From contig NC_092670.1 in NCBI RefSeq assembly GCF_964355755.1, forward strand, positions 3,400,201 through 3,464,200: a DNA stretch of 64,000 nucleotides, written 5' to 3'. The notes under the pieces were generated by a model. The model was not told the origin of the DNA, did not search any database, and saw only the letters and a list, made by a program, of their open reading frames with translations. The position numbers and the translations under genes were made by a program. Shown piece after piece: positions 61,201 to 64,000 of this stretch (position 1 is the stretch's first letter; the number at the start of each line of letters is the position of its first letter). This DNA comes from Antedon mediterranea. Its lineage: Eukaryota; Animalia; Echinodermata.

Positions 61201-63591
61201 TTTTAGAATATATATTTTTTTGTTAGTAAACATTAACAAAATTATTAAATTGTTGTTTAAATTTAGTTCAGGCAGGCGTTTCTGCGCAATCCGATCTAGG
61301 GCCTAGATAGTAGTAGGCCTAGTAGGCATATTTAATGCCTAATACTAGGCCTAGTTTAGTTAGTATGATTAATAAAAAAAAGTCTGGGAGGATGAATGAT
61401 ATTGATTGGCGTCTTGATAGATGGATCAAACAAGGCTTGGATGGATGGAAGATTAAGAAAAAAACTGAAGCTGTTCGGGAATTAGGAGTTTTTAATAAAC
61501 ATGTACAAGACAATATAGCGTTTTATTAATAATAACATTAACAGAAATAATTAAATGTAATGAAATAAAAAATCGTGAGGATGTTATTGTTTGTTTTTTT
61601 TTATTTAATAAATTTAAATTATAAATTTGATCCTCATATTTATTTTGTTCTTCATCTTTATTTGAAAAATATTTAGTTAATTAATGTAAACATTTTTGAA
61701 TACTTACAATATTAATAAATAGTAGGCTATTGACTTTTGTTTTGAATTTAAAAATGTATAGTATTTTAAAATACTATAATAACATAAGTAATCAAATGAT
61801 TATGTAACAGTTCGAAAAGTGACCAAATAATTTAATGATATATTTTTCCCTATTTCAGAAAGATGTCTGTCATCATACTGTAAAATTGAGAAGATAGATG
61901 ATTGAGTGCAAAGTGGTATTTTACACAAGAATTAATACAAAGGCCAATAGTAATAATAGTAATAATAGTTTATATTTTTGATTCTTGAAAAGGAGCAGTA
62001 TCCTATGGGATTACAAATAAACTCACTATTTTCACACACCTCATACTTTAAAGTGAAAGGAAATAACCAGAATTCAGTTATTATCAGTACTGTTGTTTAG
62101 GCCTATCGGCTTCTTTTGTAATACAAGAAATCAAAATAATAGAATTTTCCTTGTATTTAAGAAGGCTAAAACCATACATTCGTAATTTATTTATTGAGTG
62201 TATTTAATTATTCCATCATTATTTATTAATATTGTATAAAGTGAGATTTTTCAGTATTTTTATTGCATTTTAATCCTGTCTGTAATATTGAAAGTTGAGC
62301 TAATAAAAGTGGGTTGAAAAGAACAAATTATGATTATGAATTTTTAAAATTAATATTTAATACTTTTACCTTTTTGAAATTAAAAAAATGTAACAATTGT
62401 TTTTGTATCTAGTAATGTATGTACAGTATACTACAGTTGTGGCAGATCGTAGTAAAATTCCCCTTGCAATGAAATAACTTTGTAGGCCTGAAGCACACAA
62501 AATAGAAAGAGAGGGTCCGAACAGGGGAAAGAACATCCCCCTGCCTATCAATTTAAAAAAAGAAAAATTAAAAAGACAGTTTTGGACAATATATTTGGCA
62601 ATTATTACAATTCATCTCCAAAAAATGCTTCTCTCGCACATAAACTAAGCCATCATCCCAGCCTAGGCCAAACGCGGCCGACCTTGGGCGTGAAGTGCGT
62701 AGCATCGCGCTGCGCCCCGCGACACTATTTATAACTATGCCTCAACCGACTGCCTACAAAATTCGTCCTCCATACAGTCAGTGTTTATTCTGTAGCCGTT
62801 TGAGGTTGGACAGTGATATACGCATATGTAATTGTAATATCAAATGGAGTAAATTTATATAATCGAATTTTATATAGATGTTCTTTCATTTTGACGCGAA
62901 AGATAAAATAAAGTCGTACTATTTATCGCGTAGATGTAAATCCTATTTGTTTACATTGATTTGGTGGCGTGCCGCATTGCCTACTGGGTAATCCGCTTGC
63001 CGGAATGGCTGCCCATGCAATTATCATTTTTCGAGCGTCAGTTCCATATCTTGCGCCACTACGTGGCGCTATACGATCTTTGAAAGAAATATCAATCCGC
63101 GCGCAATGCATTTTGGGATTTATAGCGGGCCGCTATAATTATTAGAATCAACTTATTTTTCACATTTTTAACCATTTAAAGACGAAAAAAGTTATCGTAA
63201 TAGGACCAAATAGTATTATTTTTACATTAAATATAGTTTGTGATCTTAAAATAGATCTAAAAAACGTAGGGAAGGTGTCTTTGGCGGGGTCTTTGGTCAA
63301 TGGTTCAGGATATTTAGTATTCCATGCAAATTATAATGTCCATGTGCGTATCACTTCGTATATATGATTATTTATTATGAGTACAGTATTTATGCACACC
63401 AATGTTTATTCCTATATTCATTTCGGTATACTGGGACATCAGCTCATTAATGTTGTATCGCATTTATGATTTTATAAAAAAAATAATAAATTCTTGATTG
63501 TTTAATGTTTGTTTTTGTTTCATTTTCAGAGATACTAAGGACGATGCAAATAAAGTAAATAACTATTATTACAGTAAATCAACAATAAAAT

Positions 63592-64000
63592 CAGTGGTGG
63601 CGCCAGCGGGGGGGGGGGGGCTACGGGGGCTCTAGCCCCCTCGTCGGGGAGCCTAGGGCCCCCCCCCACGGGTACTTTTTGTCGGGGAATATAATATACA
63701 GTAAAAAACGTTCGCGTTCACTTCATATAGCTTCAGCGCCTAGAAAACCACGACGTTCCATTGACCGTGAGAGTACGTCAGAGTGATATTATGCACTTTA
63801 TGTATTCATTATTGCCAGCGATCTAACTTACTACTAAACATTAGCTAGGTACGCACTTGTCTGGCGGTATCCCTTTGTACGAATCGTTCAACGTTGGGTC
63901 GAGACGCGTGATATCAAGTTTCATCCAGGGACCAAAATGTGCAATGTAGTTATTTTCCAGGCGAAGTTTACCGACGGTTACCGAAGGGAACACGTGTACT
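63592..64000. mobile_element. Start of a hAT-like element, cut by the window edge
   Basis: CAGTGG terminus followed by G/C runs, as in 15846-17049. Confidence 0.45.

Noticed and set aside
61335-61529. 64-aa ORF after the candidate promoter
   Set aside because: It lies downstream of the 61195 donor, has no recognisable domain and has no other support.

Overview
AT-rich eukaryotic (invertebrate; by inference echinoderm-like) genomic DNA dominated by repeats. The main feature is a minus-strand gene that I assembled by hand from GT-AG exons: 18 coding exons from 47595 down to 25348, 4533 nt, one open frame of about 1510 aa. Its architecture is NACHT(STAND)-Roc GTPase-COR-Death domain-tandem DED-like, with no LRRs, no kinase and no N-terminal effector domain. 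The ORF track only shows fragments of it. A second, small 3-exon minus-strand gene candidate (about 65 aa) lies at 1423-3810. The rest is mobile or repetitive DNA: a defective Mag/SURL-like Gypsy LTR element with a non-coding LTR element nested in gag, five copies of one non-autonomous Helitron family inside the gene's introns, several nested TIR elements with readable target-site duplications (TSDs), LINE 3' fragments, probable P-element excision footprints, and tandem arrays of 48, 66, 77 and about 152 bp. All calls come from reading the sequence by eye; no searches were run.
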